DNA from: Acidobacteriota bacterium
Lineage (GTDB): Bacteria; Acidobacteriota; UBA6911; RPQK01; JAJDTT01
Assembly (NCBI GenBank): GCA_965217775.1
Contig: CBDCJH010000002.1
Location: forward strand, 4,512,001-4,576,000
DNA: 64,000 nt
Direction: 5' to 3'
Part shown: piece after piece, positions 1 through 9,852 of the stretch
How positions within the stretch are numbered: position 1 is the first letter of the stretch
Layout of the letters: each line of letters starts with the position of its first letter
Made by a program: the position numbers and the translations under genes
Notes under the pieces: model-generated
Databases searched by the model: none
Told to the model about the DNA's origin: nothing
The model's input: the letters and a program-made list of their open reading frames with translations, nothing else

Positions 1-523
1 CGGTGGTCCCCGTGCGCTCGAGCCCCTTGTAGCGCTTGGCCGGATCCTTCTCGTGCCGGTCCTTGAAGAAGTAGGGCCGGAACAGCTCCCGGGGGAGGAT
101 GTTGTTCTCACGGGAGCCTTGGAATTCCACCTTTCCCAGGTTGGGCTTCTCCCAATGGAAACCGTCCTTGGAAATGGCGATGCAGAGCTTCCCGTCGCCT
201 GATTCGACGATGAACTCTCCCTGGCCCTGACTGGCCTTGTAGGAATTCCCGCTGTACCACATCCGGAAGAGGCCCTCTTCCTCCTCGTAGATCACCTTGC
301 TGACCCGGACGTCATTGCCCTCCCAGGGCTTCTCGGGACGAATGATGGGGTTGTGGTCGACTTTCCGGGCGGGATTCAGTACCTGGCGCGTGGCCAGCAT
401 GCTCTCGATCAGATAGTCGTCGATGAAGAACTGCTTTTGGGACCCGATGTGGATCAGACCCGCCTGGACGTGGACGGCCAGGAGCCACCCGCAGACTGCC
501 ATGGTGCCGATTTTCGTGTGCAT
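1..523 (-). CDS. Secreted five-bladed beta-propeller / GH32-like protein (partial, runs off window start)
   Basis: Hand translation MHTKIGTMAVCGWLLAVHVQAG-LIHIGSQKQFFIDDYLIE...NPIIRPEKPWEG...VIYEEEEGLFRMWYSG. It has a signal-like N-terminus and the QLFxDD/NPI..PWEG/RMWY motifs of this family. Starts 6 bp after the TPP gene stop. Confidence 0.65.
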   Translation of the reverse strand, partial: MHTKIGTMAVCGWLLAVHVQAGLIHIGSQKQFFIDDYLIESMLATRQVLNPARKVDHNPIIRPEKPWEGNDVRVSKVIYEEEEGLFRMWYSGNSYKASQGQGEFIVESGDGKLCIAISKDGFHWEKPNLGKVEFQGSRENNILPRELFRPYFFKDRHEKDPAKRYKGLERTGTT

Positions 524-529
524 TTGATT

Positions 530-2203
530 TCAACCCCTTCCGCCCGGATAGTCCCAAGTCCCGGGAGTCCAGAACTTGGGGATGTGCTCCTCTTCCTTGG
601 TAATGGTCTCGATCAGCGCCGGCCTCCCGCCACGGGTCACCTCCAGGGCCTTGCGGATGGCGGGAGCCAGCCCGTCGGGCGTGTCCACCCGCTCGGCATG
701 GGCCCCCAGCCCGCGGGCGACCCGGGCATACTCGCCGCTGAAGGCGTTGCTGCCCCAGTGCTTGGTGGCATAGGGCATGTGACTGGAATAGTGGGTCATG
801 ACGCCGTTGTTCAGGACGATATGGAGGGTCCCGATCCGGTTTCGGGCCGCGGTCTCCAGATCCATGCCCGCCATTCCGAAAGCGGCGTCTCCCATGATAT
901 GGATCACGTCCTTCTCGGGAGCCGCCATCTTGGCCCCCAGTGCCAGGCCCAGGCCGTAGCCCAACTGGGTGGACTTGCCCCATCCGATATAGCCGCGCGG
1001 GGTGACCGCCGGCCAGAAGGGCACCAACTGGTCCCGGGGAAAGCCCGAATCGTGGGTGGCGATGACGTTGGCCGGGTCCACGGCCCGGATCACCTCGCGG
1101 AAGACGCGGTAAGGACTGATGGGAACCTCGTCCGACTCGAAGTGGGGGCGCCACTCGGCCACGAAATCCGCCCTGACCCGGGCGATCTCCGCCGCCACGC
1201 CCTGCTCGTCCGCCCGTCCGCCGGTGCCGATCTGGCGCTGGACCTCCTGGATGATCTGCCGCAGCACGACCTTGGCGTCGCCGATGGCGCCGTAGTCGAC
1301 ACGGTGATCCTTGTTCAGGTCCTCCGGACAGTTGGTGAGTTGGGCCAGGGGGACGCCCACCGGGACCGGTCCGTTGAAGACCGAGTGGGTGAAACTGGTG
1401 CCGGCGCCCAAGATGAAGTCGGTCTTCCGGAGGAAGTGGTCGACCATCCGCGTGCTAGTGTAGCCCGCCGTGCCCAGGGCCAGGGGATGGTTCTCGGGAA
1501 AGGCGCTCTTCCCGGCCAGGGAGGTGAGCACCGGAATCTGGATCAGCTCCGCCAACTCCACCAGCTCGGACGTGGCCTCGGCGTAGAGAGAGCCCTGCCC
1601 GGCGTTGATGACGGGGCAGTCGGCGGCCAACATGGCCCGGACCAGATCCCGGACCTCATCCGGGTCCGCCGCCGAGCGGTGCCTGCGAACGGGCGTGTAG
1701 TTCAGCTCGCCCGGATACTCGTCGGTTCCCACGTCGTCGGGGATCTCGAGAAGGACGGGACCGGGACGTCCATGTTTGACGAGAGTGAACGCATAGCGCA
1801 ACATCTCGGGAATCCGCTCCACCATGTTGCAGTTCCGGGTGTACTTGGTGATTCCGTGGTACTGATCGCAAGAGGCGAAGTCGGGATGGACCTGCATCCG
1901 CCTCCTGGGAGCCCCTCCCGGGAAGAGGAGAATGGGCACCGAGTCGGCGAAGGCCTGCGCCACCCCGCCATAGGCGTTCTCGGCGCCGGGGCCCCTCTGC
2001 ATGGTGAACACGCCGATCTGGTTCCCGTTGCGGACGCGGCTGAAACCGTCGGCCATGTTGACGCCGGCTCGTTCCTGCCGGCTGATGATGGGACGGATGC
2101 CCTCCTTGGCCACGGCGTCGATGAGCTTCTGTTCCGGGAAGGCGGCGATCCATTCCACCCCTTCCAACTTCAGAATCTTCGCGATCACGGAATTACCGTT
2201 CAT
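530..2203 (-). CDS. Thiamine pyrophosphate-requiring enzyme (acetolactate synthase-like)
   Basis: RQERAGVNMADGFSR, GPGAENA and the TPP motif GDAAFGM...VLNN. Start reassigned to MNGNSVIAK (ATG 2203) after an AGGAGG RBS. Confidence 0.9.
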   Translation of the reverse strand: MNGNSVIAKILKLEGVEWIAAFPEQKLIDAVAKEGIRPIISRQERAGVNMADGFSRVRNGNQIGVFTMQRGPGAENAYGGVAQAFADSVPILLFPGGAPRRRMQVHPDFASCDQYHGITKYTRNCNMVERIPEMLRYAFTLVKHGRPGPVLLEIPDDVGTDEYPGELNYTPVRRHRSAADPDEVRDLVRAMLAADCPVINAGQGSLYAEATSELVELAELIQIPVLTSLAGKSAFPENHPLALGTAGYTSTRMVDHFLRKTDFILGAGTSFTHSVFNGPVPVGVPLAQLTNCPEDLNKDHRVDYGAIGDAKVVLRQIIQEVQRQIGTGGRADEQGVAAEIARVRADFVAEWRPHFESDEVPISPYRVFREVIRAVDPANVIATHDSGFPRDQLVPFWPAVTPRGYIGWGKSTQLGYGLGLALGAKMAAPEKDVIHIMGDAAFGMAGMDLETAARNRIGTLHIVLNNGVMTHYSSHMPYATKHWGSNAFSGEYARVARGLGAHAERVDTPDGLAPAIRKALEVTRGGRPALIETITKEEEHIPKFWTPGTWDYPGGRG

Positions 2204-3233
2204 TGACTGTCTCCTCCTCTTCTTGAAACGCCTGTCGTAGAAGCCATTGTGCGGCCCGACTGTAACCGCCCTCCGGGACCCGGTGGCCATCCGATGGTTC
2301 GACATGGAGTTGGACCCGGGTTCCGGTCTTCCGGGACACCGCCTCCCGGCTCACGGCCAGGGCCAGTTCCATTGCCTGCCGGGTGCCGACCCGCTCATCC
2401 TGGTGACCGATGATGATCCAGAGATTCCGGGACGCCAGCTTTTCGGCCTTCGTTACCAGGGCGAGAGAGCGGGTCAGCGAATCGTCTTCCAGATCCTGGA
2501 ACTCGCGCAAGACGGCGAGATCGGTGACGGGGGCGAAAGCGGCGACCGCACGGACCCGAGAATCCGCTGCCCCCAGGTGCAGGGCGGCGAATCCCCCGCG
2601 GGAGGTGCCCGATGCCAGGATCCGCCGTGGATCCGACAACCCTTCTTCGATGAGGGCATCCAGGACCTCGCGCGCCCGGCTCACGAAGCCGGCCATGAGA
2701 TCCTCTCCCTGCCGAACACGGTCACTCCAACCCTTCAGTCCCTGCGGCTCCCCGGCCCGGACCTCTTGTCCATGATCGGGCAGGTCCAGGGAGACACAGC
2801 GGAACCCGTGCTCCATGAGCCGGGAGCAACAACTGCTGTAGATGGGATGGGTCAGGCTGTCTTCCAAGGTACCGGCAAAAACGAAGAGTGTCGGGGAAGG
2901 ACCATCGGGACCGCCTCCCAGGTGGCCGTATCGGACGCCTCCGCCGGTGTGGGCCAGGATGGGTGCTGCGGGGGTTGTGGACGGCTGTCGATCCAACGAC
3001 CTCTGGAAGCCGAGCGTGGGAGTCGCGAAAGAAATCGACGCCATCAGGAGTGCGGCCCCAACCCACATGAAGTGTCCCCAGTGGCCAAGGATGGACGCTT
3101 CGGGATGAAAACGCGCCACTACGGCGCCGCACCCATCGGGCACATTATCCGGGCGTCCGGTGAGGCGGTCAACCGCTGGGCCGGAGGACTTGAGCTGTTC
3201 CTCAAAGGATTGTGGGACTGGCGAGCGGGACAA
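2193..3233 (-). CDS. Alpha/beta hydrolase (prolyl oligopeptidase/esterase-like), probably exported
   Basis: GTSRGG nucleophile elbow, DLPDHG, D(ERV) and GH triad residues. The true start is probably near 3068 (MWVGAALL). The stop overlaps the TPP gene start. Confidence 0.75.
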   Translation of the reverse strand: MSRSPVPQSFEEQLKSSGPAVDRLTGRPDNVPDGCGAVVARFHPEASILGHWGHFMWVGAALLMASISFATPTLGFQRSLDRQPSTTPAAPILAHTGGGVRYGHLGGGPDGPSPTLFVFAGTLEDSLTHPIYSSCCSRLMEHGFRCVSLDLPDHGQEVRAGEPQGLKGWSDRVRQGEDLMAGFVSRAREVLDALIEEGLSDPRRILASGTSRGGFAALHLGAADSRVRAVAAFAPVTDLAVLREFQDLEDDSLTRSLALVTKAEKLASRNLWIIIGHQDERVGTRQAMELALAVSREAVSRKTGTRVQLHVEPSDGHRVPEGGYSRAAQWLLRQAFQEEEETVNER

Positions 3234-3485
3234 GTCGGAGCGAGGCCGGGGTCAAAGGAGTCCGATTCCGGGGAACGGACGGATCAGAGCAGCCAGATCC
3301 AACGGAGCGGAACTATCGAGCCATCCACATTCTCAAGATTCGGGGGCTGCAAGCCCCCGCTCCCAGATGAGGGCTCGATGTAGCTCACAGTCCATCACTG
3401 GCACCCAACCAATCCTGGTTGGACCCGCCCACGACCGGTGATGCACGTTTGTCGGCGTTCTCCGAGACAGCAGGGACGCACCGGA

Positions 3486-3779
3486 TCAATCGGCCTTGAT
3501 TCCCATGTTCGTGAAAGTGCAATGGATCATGGAGCCGATGTTCCCGGTAGGATCGTCGATCAGAATGACTTTGTACGAACGCTCATCCCAGGCGCAATAC
3601 ATGGATGCCGGGAGGCCGTCCAATCGATTCCAGGACCGAAAAAATCCGATGGTCACCTTCCAGACACTCTTTTCGTTGTCGAATACCACCTCTTCGACAC
3701 CCACGTGACTGATATCTTCCCCGGCAAAGAACTCGGCAACGCAGTTCCGTGCCTTTTCCACCGCTTCTCTGACGTCCAT
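3486..3779 (-). CDS. Small hypothetical protein (MDVREAVEKA... family, often found with PIN-domain genes)
   Basis: ATG 3779 follows an AGGAGG RBS. Motif VGVEEVVFD...WKVTIGF...RSYKVILIDD. The longer ORF-track start lies inside the MITE. Confidence 0.6.
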   Translation of the reverse strand: MDVREAVEKARNCVAEFFAGEDISHVGVEEVVFDNEKSVWKVTIGFFRSWNRLDGLPASMYCAWDERSYKVILIDDPTGNIGSMIHCTFTNMGIKAD

Positions 3780-3829
3780 CCGAACCTCCTCTACCATGAC
3801 GCTCACGATATCCGCTCCTGCTCCGTTAA

Positions 3830-3987
3830 CAGTCCGTGGTGAAAGTCGCGCGAGCACCGAGACCGTTCCTGCGCCCGCCGGACAAGGCGCGATTCGGGTG
3901 CATACCGGGAGTATGTGCCCGAATCGCAACGCCGTCCGCCGGGATGCAGGGACGGTCGAATGCCGTGACGACTTTTGCCACGGGCTG
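3830..3987. mobile_element. 158-bp fold-back MITE, copy 1
   Basis: Imperfect terminal inverted repeats CAGTCCGTGGTGAAAGTC / GACTTTTGCCACGGGCTG. TTAA is duplicated on both sides. Near-identical to three other copies. Confidence 0.85.
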
Positions 3988-4092
3988 TTAAGACCTGCCT
4001 TTACTTCAACGCCGCCGGCTCAAAAACTACTAGCGTGAAATCTTCACCTGTGGCCCATCTCCGAGGCGGCGTAGTAGACTGGTTGCCGGGAA

Positions 4093-6585
4093 ATGCGGTC
4101 AGTAGGCGCCCTGAATTCCATCTATCCCCCGGAGCGGGTCCTTTCGGGTCCGGCCCAGTTGGCCCCCTATGAATCGGATGCGCTGACGGCGTTTCGGGAA
4201 CGGCCACTGGCGGTGGTCCTGGCCGAGTCCCAGGAGGAGGTGATCGAGACGGTACGCCTCTGCCACCGGGAGAACCTGCCCTTCGTGGCGCGAGGGAGCG
4301 GCACCAGCCTCTCGGGGGGATCGCTCCCGATCCGGGAGGGCATCATCATCGGGCTCAACCGCCTCAACCGGGTCCTGGAGTTGGATCCGGCCGAGCGGTG
4401 CGCCGTGGTGGAGCCGGGAGTCATCAACCTGGACCTGAGCGCGGTGGGAGCTCCACACGGACTCTATTACGCCCCCGATCCCTCGAGCCAATCCATCTGC
4501 ACCATCGGCGGGAACGTGGCCTTCAACTCCGGCGGAGCCCACTGCCTGCGCCACGGCATGACCAGCAACCATGTCCTGGGCCTGAAGGCGGTGCTGCCTG
4601 ACGGCGCCGTGGTGGAGCTGGGGAGCAAGAGCATGGAAGGGGTGGGACCGGACCTCACCGGGTTCTTCGTGGGTTCGGAGGGGCTCTTCGGCATCGCTCT
4701 GGAGATCACGGTTCGTCTCATCCCGAAGCCCGAGTCGTACAAGACGATCCTGGCCGCCTACAACAGTCTGGAGGCCGCCGGGGACGCCGTGGCTCGGGTG
4801 GTGGCCACGGGACTCCTCCCGGGCGCCATGGAGATCATGGACCATCTGGCCATCGAGGCAGCCGAAGCCGCAGTCCACGCCGGCTATCCCCAGACAGCCA
4901 CGGCTCTTCTCATCGTGGAGTTGGAAGGGGAGACGGCCGAGGTGGAGGCCGAGTTCCAGCTCCTGGAACCGGTGATTCAGGCTTCGGGGGCCTTCGAGAT
5001 CCGTGTCGCCCGAGATGAGGCGGAACGACTCCGGATCTGGAAGGGACGCAAGAGCGCGTTCTCGGCGGTAGGACGGCTCAGCCCCGACTACATCGTCCAG
5101 GACGGGGTGGTTCCCCGGAAGCAACTGGGGTCGACCCTGGCCGAAATCGAGATGCTGGCGCGGAAGCATGGGATCCGGGTGGCCAATGTCTTTCACGCCG
5201 GAGACGGAAATCTCCATCCCCTGATCCTGTTCGACGGCACCGAGGCGGGCGCCCTGGAGAAGGCCGAGGAACTGGCCGGCGAAATCCTGCAGATGTGCAT
5301 CCGCAGGGGGGGCTCCATCACCGGAGAGCACGGCGTGGGCATGGAGAAGCGCGAGTACCTGGCCCACATGTTCGCACCCACCGACATGGAGGTCATGAGG
5401 AGACTGCGGCGATCCATCGACCCGCTGGAGATCGCCAATCGGCGCAAGATGTTCCCCGACGGGCACGGGCGCGTCCCGGCCCCTGAGATCATCCCTTCGG
5501 ACAACGGGGCGCGGACGGCCCTGAGACCCGAATCGTTTCGGCAGGTGCAGCAGGCCGTCGCGGATCACGCGCGTATCCGGCCGCGCGGCGGCGGTACCAA
5601 GCCGGCTCTTTCCCAGCCGCCCGAGGGGATTGTCTCCCTGGACCTGAGAGGTTTGTCCGGCATCGTGGAGTACGAGCCGGAAGAGTACACCTTCACGGCT
5701 CTGGCGGGCACACCGGTAGCCGAAGTCCAGGAGAGATTGGCTCAGGAGGGACAGTATCTGCCCTTCGATCCGGTGTTGGTGCGAGCCGGAGCCACTCTCG
5801 GCGGGACGGTGGCGGCGGGGACCGGCGGCTCGGGACGTTACCGCTACGGCGGCATCCGTGACTTCCTCCTGGGGATCCGGTTCGTCAGCGGCCGCGCCGA
5901 GCTGGTGCGAGGCGGCAGCCGGGTGGTCAAGAACGCCGCCGGGTTCGATCTTCCCAAGCTCATGGTCGGCAGCCTGGGAAGGTTGGGAGTCCTGGTGGAA
6001 ATGACGTTCAAGGTCTTCCCCCTTGCCCAGCGCTGGCTGACCCTGGAAGTGGAACTGCCCGACCTCTCGCAGGCTCTGGAGGCCATACGTCGCCTGCGGG
6101 CTGCTCCCCTGGACTTGGCCGCCGTGGATCTGGAGCCTCCGGGGCGACTGCTGATACGGGTTGGAGGTCGGAGCGAGTCGGTCTCCGTTCGTCTGGACCG
6201 GGTTCGAGAGCTGGTGGGGCAGGGGGTGGAACTACAGGGGCAGGAGGAGCAGGACCATTGGGATGAGGTCCGGGAATTCGACTGGGTCCCGGCCGATTGG
6301 AGCCTGATGAAGGTCCCCATGACCACGAGCCGAATCGCCGATTTGGAAGAGAGTCTGACCTCTGTCCCGTGCCGGTCGCGCTACTGCGCCGACGGTAGCT
6401 TGGCGTGGCTGTCCTGGTCCGGACCGTTGGACCCCTTGGACTCGGCGTTGGCCCATCTGGGTCTCACCGGCCTCGTTCTACGGGGAAACGGAGACATCGC
6501 CCGCCCGGGCCGTAGGCAAGACCGGGTCTTCTCCGAAAGGATCCGGAACGCACTGGATCCGGACGGGCGATTTTCGGAGGAATAG
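4093..6585 (+). CDS. glcD: Fused glycolate oxidase subunits GlcD-GlcE (two FAD-binding domains)
   Basis: N-half [40 protein letters not shown] (GlcD). C-half [32 protein letters not shown] (GlcE). One uninterrupted 830-aa ORF. Confidence 0.88.
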   Translation: MRSVGALNSIYPPERVLSGPAQLAPYESDALTAFRERPLAVVLAESQEEVIETVRLCHRENLPFVARGSGTSLSGGSLPIREGIIIGLNRLNRVLELDPAERCAVVEPGVINLDLSAVGAPHGLYYAPDPSSQSICTIGGNVAFNSGGAHCLRHGMTSNHVLGLKAVLPDGAVVELGSKSMEGVGPDLTGFFVGSEGLFGIALEITVRLIPKPESYKTILAAYNSLEAAGDAVARVVATGLLPGAMEIMDHLAIEAAEAAVHAGYPQTATALLIVELEGETAEVEAEFQLLEPVIQASGAFEIRVARDEAERLRIWKGRKSAFSAVGRLSPDYIVQDGVVPRKQLGSTLAEIEMLARKHGIRVANVFHAGDGNLHPLILFDGTEAGALEKAEELAGEILQMCIRRGGSITGEHGVGMEKREYLAHMFAPTDMEVMRRLRRSIDPLEIANRRKMFPDGHGRVPAPEIIPSDNGARTALRPESFRQVQQAVADHARIRPRGGGTKPALSQPPEGIVSLDLRGLSGIVEYEPEEYTFTALAGTPVAEVQERLAQEGQYLPFDPVLVRAGATLGGTVAAGTGGSGRYRYGGIRDFLLGIRFVSGRAELVRGGSRVVKNAAGFDLPKLMVGSLGRLGVLVEMTFKVFPLAQRWLTLEVELPDLSQALEAIRRLRAAPLDLAAVDLEPPGRLLIRVGGRSESVSVRLDRVRELVGQGVELQGQEEQDHWDEVREFDWVPADWSLMKVPMTTSRIADLEESLTSVPCRSRYCADGSLAWLSWSGPLDPLDSALAHLGLTGLVLRGNGDIARPGRRQDRVFSERIRNALDPDGRFSEE

Positions 6586-7848
6586 GTGCAACACGGCATC
6601 GACGCAGAACGATACGGGCCTCAGGGCGAAGCCATGGCCCACCAGGTGAAGACGTGTGTGCACTGCGGCTTCTGTCTGCCGGTCTGTCCCACTTACAAGG
6701 ACCTGGGCCAGGAGATGGACTCACCCCGCGGACGCATCCTGCTGATGAAGGAGATGCTGGAGGGGAACCTCGAAATGGAGGAAGGTCTCCCCTACGTGGA
6801 CAAGTGCCTGGGCTGCATGGCGTGTGTCACCGCCTGCCCTTCGGGGGTCGAGTACGGCGAGTTGCTGACGCCGTTTCGAGCGCTGGCCCGGGACCGGGTC
6901 AAGGGGACTCTGCTGGATCGCCTGACCCGCCTCAGCTTTCGACTGCTCCTGCCCTTTCCTCGCCGGTTCCGAGCCGCCGCATATCTGGGCCGTCTGGCTC
7001 GCCCGTTCACCGGGATGCTCCCGGAGCGGATGGCCTCCATGCTGGAGCTGCTGCCCCGGAGGCTGCCGGCTTCTCCTCCGCTTCCGTCTGTCTACCCGGC
7101 CCAAGGGAGGCGCCGGGCTCGCGTCGCCCTATTGTCGGGTTGCGTGCAACAGGTGCTGTCGCCGTCCATCAACTGGGCCACGTTAAGGGTTCTGGCTCGT
7201 AACGGCGTGGAGGTGATCGTCCCCGCCGAACAGGGGTGTTGCGGCGCCCTGGCGCTGCACAACGGCGACGCCGAGCAAGCCCGGCGGTTGGCGGCCCACA
7301 ATTTCGAAGCCTTGCCTGACGACGTGGACGCCATCATCACCAACGCCGCCGGTTGCGGGTCCGGGATCAAGGAGTACCCGCTGCTGTTCCGGAGCCATGG
7401 CCTGGAAGAGGAGGCACGCCGCTTTTCGGCTCGCGTCCGGGACGTGAGCGTATTCTTGGACGAGCTCGGCTTGGAACGGGATCCTCCGCCCCTGCCTGCG
7501 GCAATGAAGGTCGCCTACCACGACGCCTGCCACCTGGCCCACGCCCAAGGCATCCGATCGGCGCCCCGGAAACTCCTGAAAAGGATTCCGAATCTGACCC
7601 TGATGGAGCTTATGGACGGCGAAACCTGCTGCGGCTCCGCGGGGACTTACAATCTGGAACAACCGGAGATCGCAAACCGCTTGGGGGCAAACAAGACAGA
7701 CGTTATCGAGCGATTGCAGCCGGATGCGGTGGCCGCCGGGAACGTCGGTTGCCTGATGCAGATCGAGAGCCACCTCAAGCGGCGGAACAGTCCACTACCT
7801 GTACTCCATACGGTCGAGTTGCTGGATCGAGCTTACGAATCGGCGTGA
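6586..7848 (+). CDS. glcF: Glycolate oxidase iron-sulfur subunit
   Basis: [25 protein letters not shown] and two CCG domains. Directly follows glcDE. Confidence 0.92.
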   Translation: MQHGIDAERYGPQGEAMAHQVKTCVHCGFCLPVCPTYKDLGQEMDSPRGRILLMKEMLEGNLEMEEGLPYVDKCLGCMACVTACPSGVEYGELLTPFRALARDRVKGTLLDRLTRLSFRLLLPFPRRFRAAAYLGRLARPFTGMLPERMASMLELLPRRLPASPPLPSVYPAQGRRRARVALLSGCVQQVLSPSINWATLRVLARNGVEVIVPAEQGCCGALALHNGDAEQARRLAAHNFEALPDDVDAIITNAAGCGSGIKEYPLLFRSHGLEEEARRFSARVRDVSVFLDELGLERDPPPLPAAMKVAYHDACHLAHAQGIRSAPRKLLKRIPNLTLMELMDGETCCGSAGTYNLEQPEIANRLGANKTDVIERLQPDAVAAGNVGCLMQIESHLKRRNSPLPVLHTVELLDRAYESA

Positions 7849-7914
7849 CTCAACGGCCGCATCGGATCCTTTTGCGGCCAGTGCGGATAGTTTTCGGAGG
7901 CAAAAGAAGAAATG

Positions 7915-8301
7915 TCACGCTACGGTGCCGCGTCCGGTCCCAACGAAGAACTCCCGCAGCACGTCCAGGGTCCCCTCGATCCGGCCCATTCGGTCCCGCA
8001 GGTCGCTGGTCTGCAACTCCATTCGATCGCGCAGGTCGCTGGTCTGTGACTCCATTCGGTCCCGCAGGTCGCTGGTCTGCGACTCCATTCGGTCCCGCAG
8101 GTCGCTGGTCTGCGACTTCATTTGGTCCCGCAGGTCGCTGGTCTGCGACTTCAAGCCGTCGATTCTCCCGGCCAAGCGAGACTCCATCCGATCAATCCGG
8201 GAACCGATCTCCACGCGCTGATTGCGAATCGTTCGGGCCGTGAAAAGGAACCCCAAGATGACTATGGCGGGCGTGATCCACTGGGCTAGTTCAGTCGGCA
8301 T
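7915..8301 (-). CDS. Small N-terminally membrane-anchored coiled-coil protein with 11-aa repeats (paralog A)
   Basis: TM segment WITPAIVILGFLF, then 5 x (M/L)xSQTSDLRDx, then C-terminal RMGRIEGTL. Confidence 0.7.
   Translation of the reverse strand: MPTELAQWITPAIVILGFLFTARTIRNQRVEIGSRIDRMESRLAGRIDGLKSQTSDLRDQMKSQTSDLRDRMESQTSDLRDRMESQTSDLRDRMELQTSDLRDRMGRIEGTLDVLREFFVGTGRGTVA
7986..8150. repeat. Coding tandem repeat, 5 x 33 bp
   Basis: Unit CCATTCGGTCCCGCAGGTCGCTGGTCTGCGACT repeated head-to-tail with no spacers. Confidence 0.95.
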
Positions 8302-8591
8302 CGGTTTCTCGTGAGAAGGGAACAGTCACCGTATTCCGCGCCGGGAACTTGTCCGGCACGCTGCGGCGAAAACTTCCTTACTCTCCGTCCCTCTTTGACT
8401 ATAACGCTTCAACCACGGAATCTGCGATGATGCCGGCCAAAAAAAGGAGCCAACCCGGAGGATGGACCTTTTGGAACGCTAGATCTCGCTTGGATCGCCA
8501 GAACAACGAATAGGGGGCAGTCACTTTCTTCCGCCGTCTCGCTCCAAACGAGTCCGGATTACGGAGGGGACAAGGGAGTTGAGCTAACTGG

Positions 8592-8798
8592 TTACACCCT
8601 CGCTTTGGGTTGGTGCACGAAAGCGAAATCCCGGATGTTGGCACGCTCCACAGCATGTTCAATAGTCATCGCGACCAAGTTTTCATTCTCGTCCAGATCC
8701 AAGTAGATGTTCTCAGACACCTCTCGCGTCTCGACGATCAGCTCCGAAGTAAACTCGATGAGAGCAGTGTCGGTATCTTCAAAGTAATTGATCTTCAT
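8592..8798 (-). CDS. DUF2283 domain protein (orphan antitoxin-like)
   Basis: MKINYFEDTDTALIEF...ETREVSENIYLDLDENENLVAMTIEHA, the typical DUF2283 pattern. Confidence 0.8.
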   Translation of the reverse strand: MKINYFEDTDTALIEFTSELIVETREVSENIYLDLDENENLVAMTIEHAVERANIRDFAFVHQPKARV

Positions 8799-8931
8799 TT
8801 CCTCGGATTGTACTCCACCGAGATCGCACTCGTTCTCCTTGCCATTCCTGCCCGTTGTCAATGGCCATCGAAAAAAATGTCAGGGTACGGCCGCTGTCAT
8901 CGAATCGAATCGGCCACCGTCACTTTCTTCC

Positions 8932-9230
8932 GCGCGTCCAGGACGTGAGCGTGTTTTTCGGCGAGCTCGATCTGGATCAGGATCCTGAACCCCTCGCGGC
9001 GGTGGACCAGTCCGCTATCTGTACTCCATACAGTCGTGTTGCTGGATCGAGCTTACCAGCCCGTGGCAAAAGTCATCACGGCATTCGACCGTCCCTGCAT
9101 CCCGGCGGACGGCGTTGCGATTCGGGCACATACTCCCGGTATGTACCCGAATCGCGCCTTGTCCGGCGGGCGCAGGAACGGTCTCGGTGCTCGCGGGACT
9201 TTCACCACGGACTGCTACGAATCGGCGTGA
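8932..9230 (+). pseudogene. Degenerate duplicate of the glcF 3' end (internally deleted, MITE-interrupted)
   Basis: 8932-8986 resembles 7432-7485. 8990-9056 plus 9215-9230 resembles 7772-7848 (...LLDRAY|ESA*). Confidence 0.85.
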
Positions 9231-9596
9231 CTCAACGCCCGCATCGGATCCTTTTGCGGCCAGAGTGAGTGGTTTTCGGAGGCAAAAGAAGAAATGTGAC
9301 GTTACGGAGCCGCGTCCAGTCCCGACGAAGAACTCCTGCAGCACGTCGAGGGTCCCCTCGATCCGGCCCATGCGGTCCCGCAGGTCGCTGGTCTGCGACT
9401 CTAAGCCGTGGATTCTCGCGGCCAAGCGAGACTCCACGCCTTCAATTCTCCCGGTCAGGCGAGACTCCATCCGGTCCATCCGGGACCCGAATCGGGATTC
9501 CATCTCCACGCGCTGGTTGCGAATCGTGCGGGCCGTGAAAAGGAACCCCAAGATCACAATTGCGGGCGTGATCCACTGGGCTAGTTCACTCGGCAT
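9015..9596 (-). CDS. Membrane-anchored coiled-coil protein, paralog B (stop lost, reads through into the MITE)
   Basis: Same N- and C-terminal regions as 7915-8301 but different 11-aa repeat content. The TGA of paralog A is TCA here (~9296-9298). Confidence 0.6.
   Translation of the reverse strand: MPSELAQWITPAIVILGFLFTARTIRNQRVEMESRFGSRMDRMESRLTGRIEGVESRLAARIHGLESQTSDLRDRMGRIEGTLDVLQEFFVGTGRGSVTSHFFFCLRKPLTLAAKGSDAGVESRRFVAVRGESPASTETVPAPAGQGAIRVHTGSMCPNRNAVRRDAGTVECRDDFCHGLVSSIQQHDCMEYR
9057..9214. mobile_element. 158-bp fold-back MITE, copy 2
   Basis: Inserted in the glcF duplicate with flanks TTAC|...|CTAC. The empty site GAGCTTACGAATC is present at 7829-7841. Confidence 0.88.
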
Positions 9597-9852
9597 CGGT
9601 TCCTCGTGAGAAGGGAACAGTCATTGTATTTCGCGCCGGGAACTTGTCCGGAGTCCAACGTTGAAAATCTCCTTACTCCCTGTCCCTCATTAGACTATAA
9701 CGCTTCAACCACGGAATCTGCGCTGATGCCGGCCAAAACAACGCCGATCCGGAGGTTGGACTTTCTTGAACGTCGAACGAATAGGGGACAGTCCCTTTCT
9801 TCCTCTTGGTATCATCCAATGGCGCTAACCCAACACGCAGAGGAGTACCGTC

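Noticed and set aside
7986-8150. 33-bp repeats as CRISPR
   Set aside because: Head-to-tail with no spacers and in frame within a coding gene.
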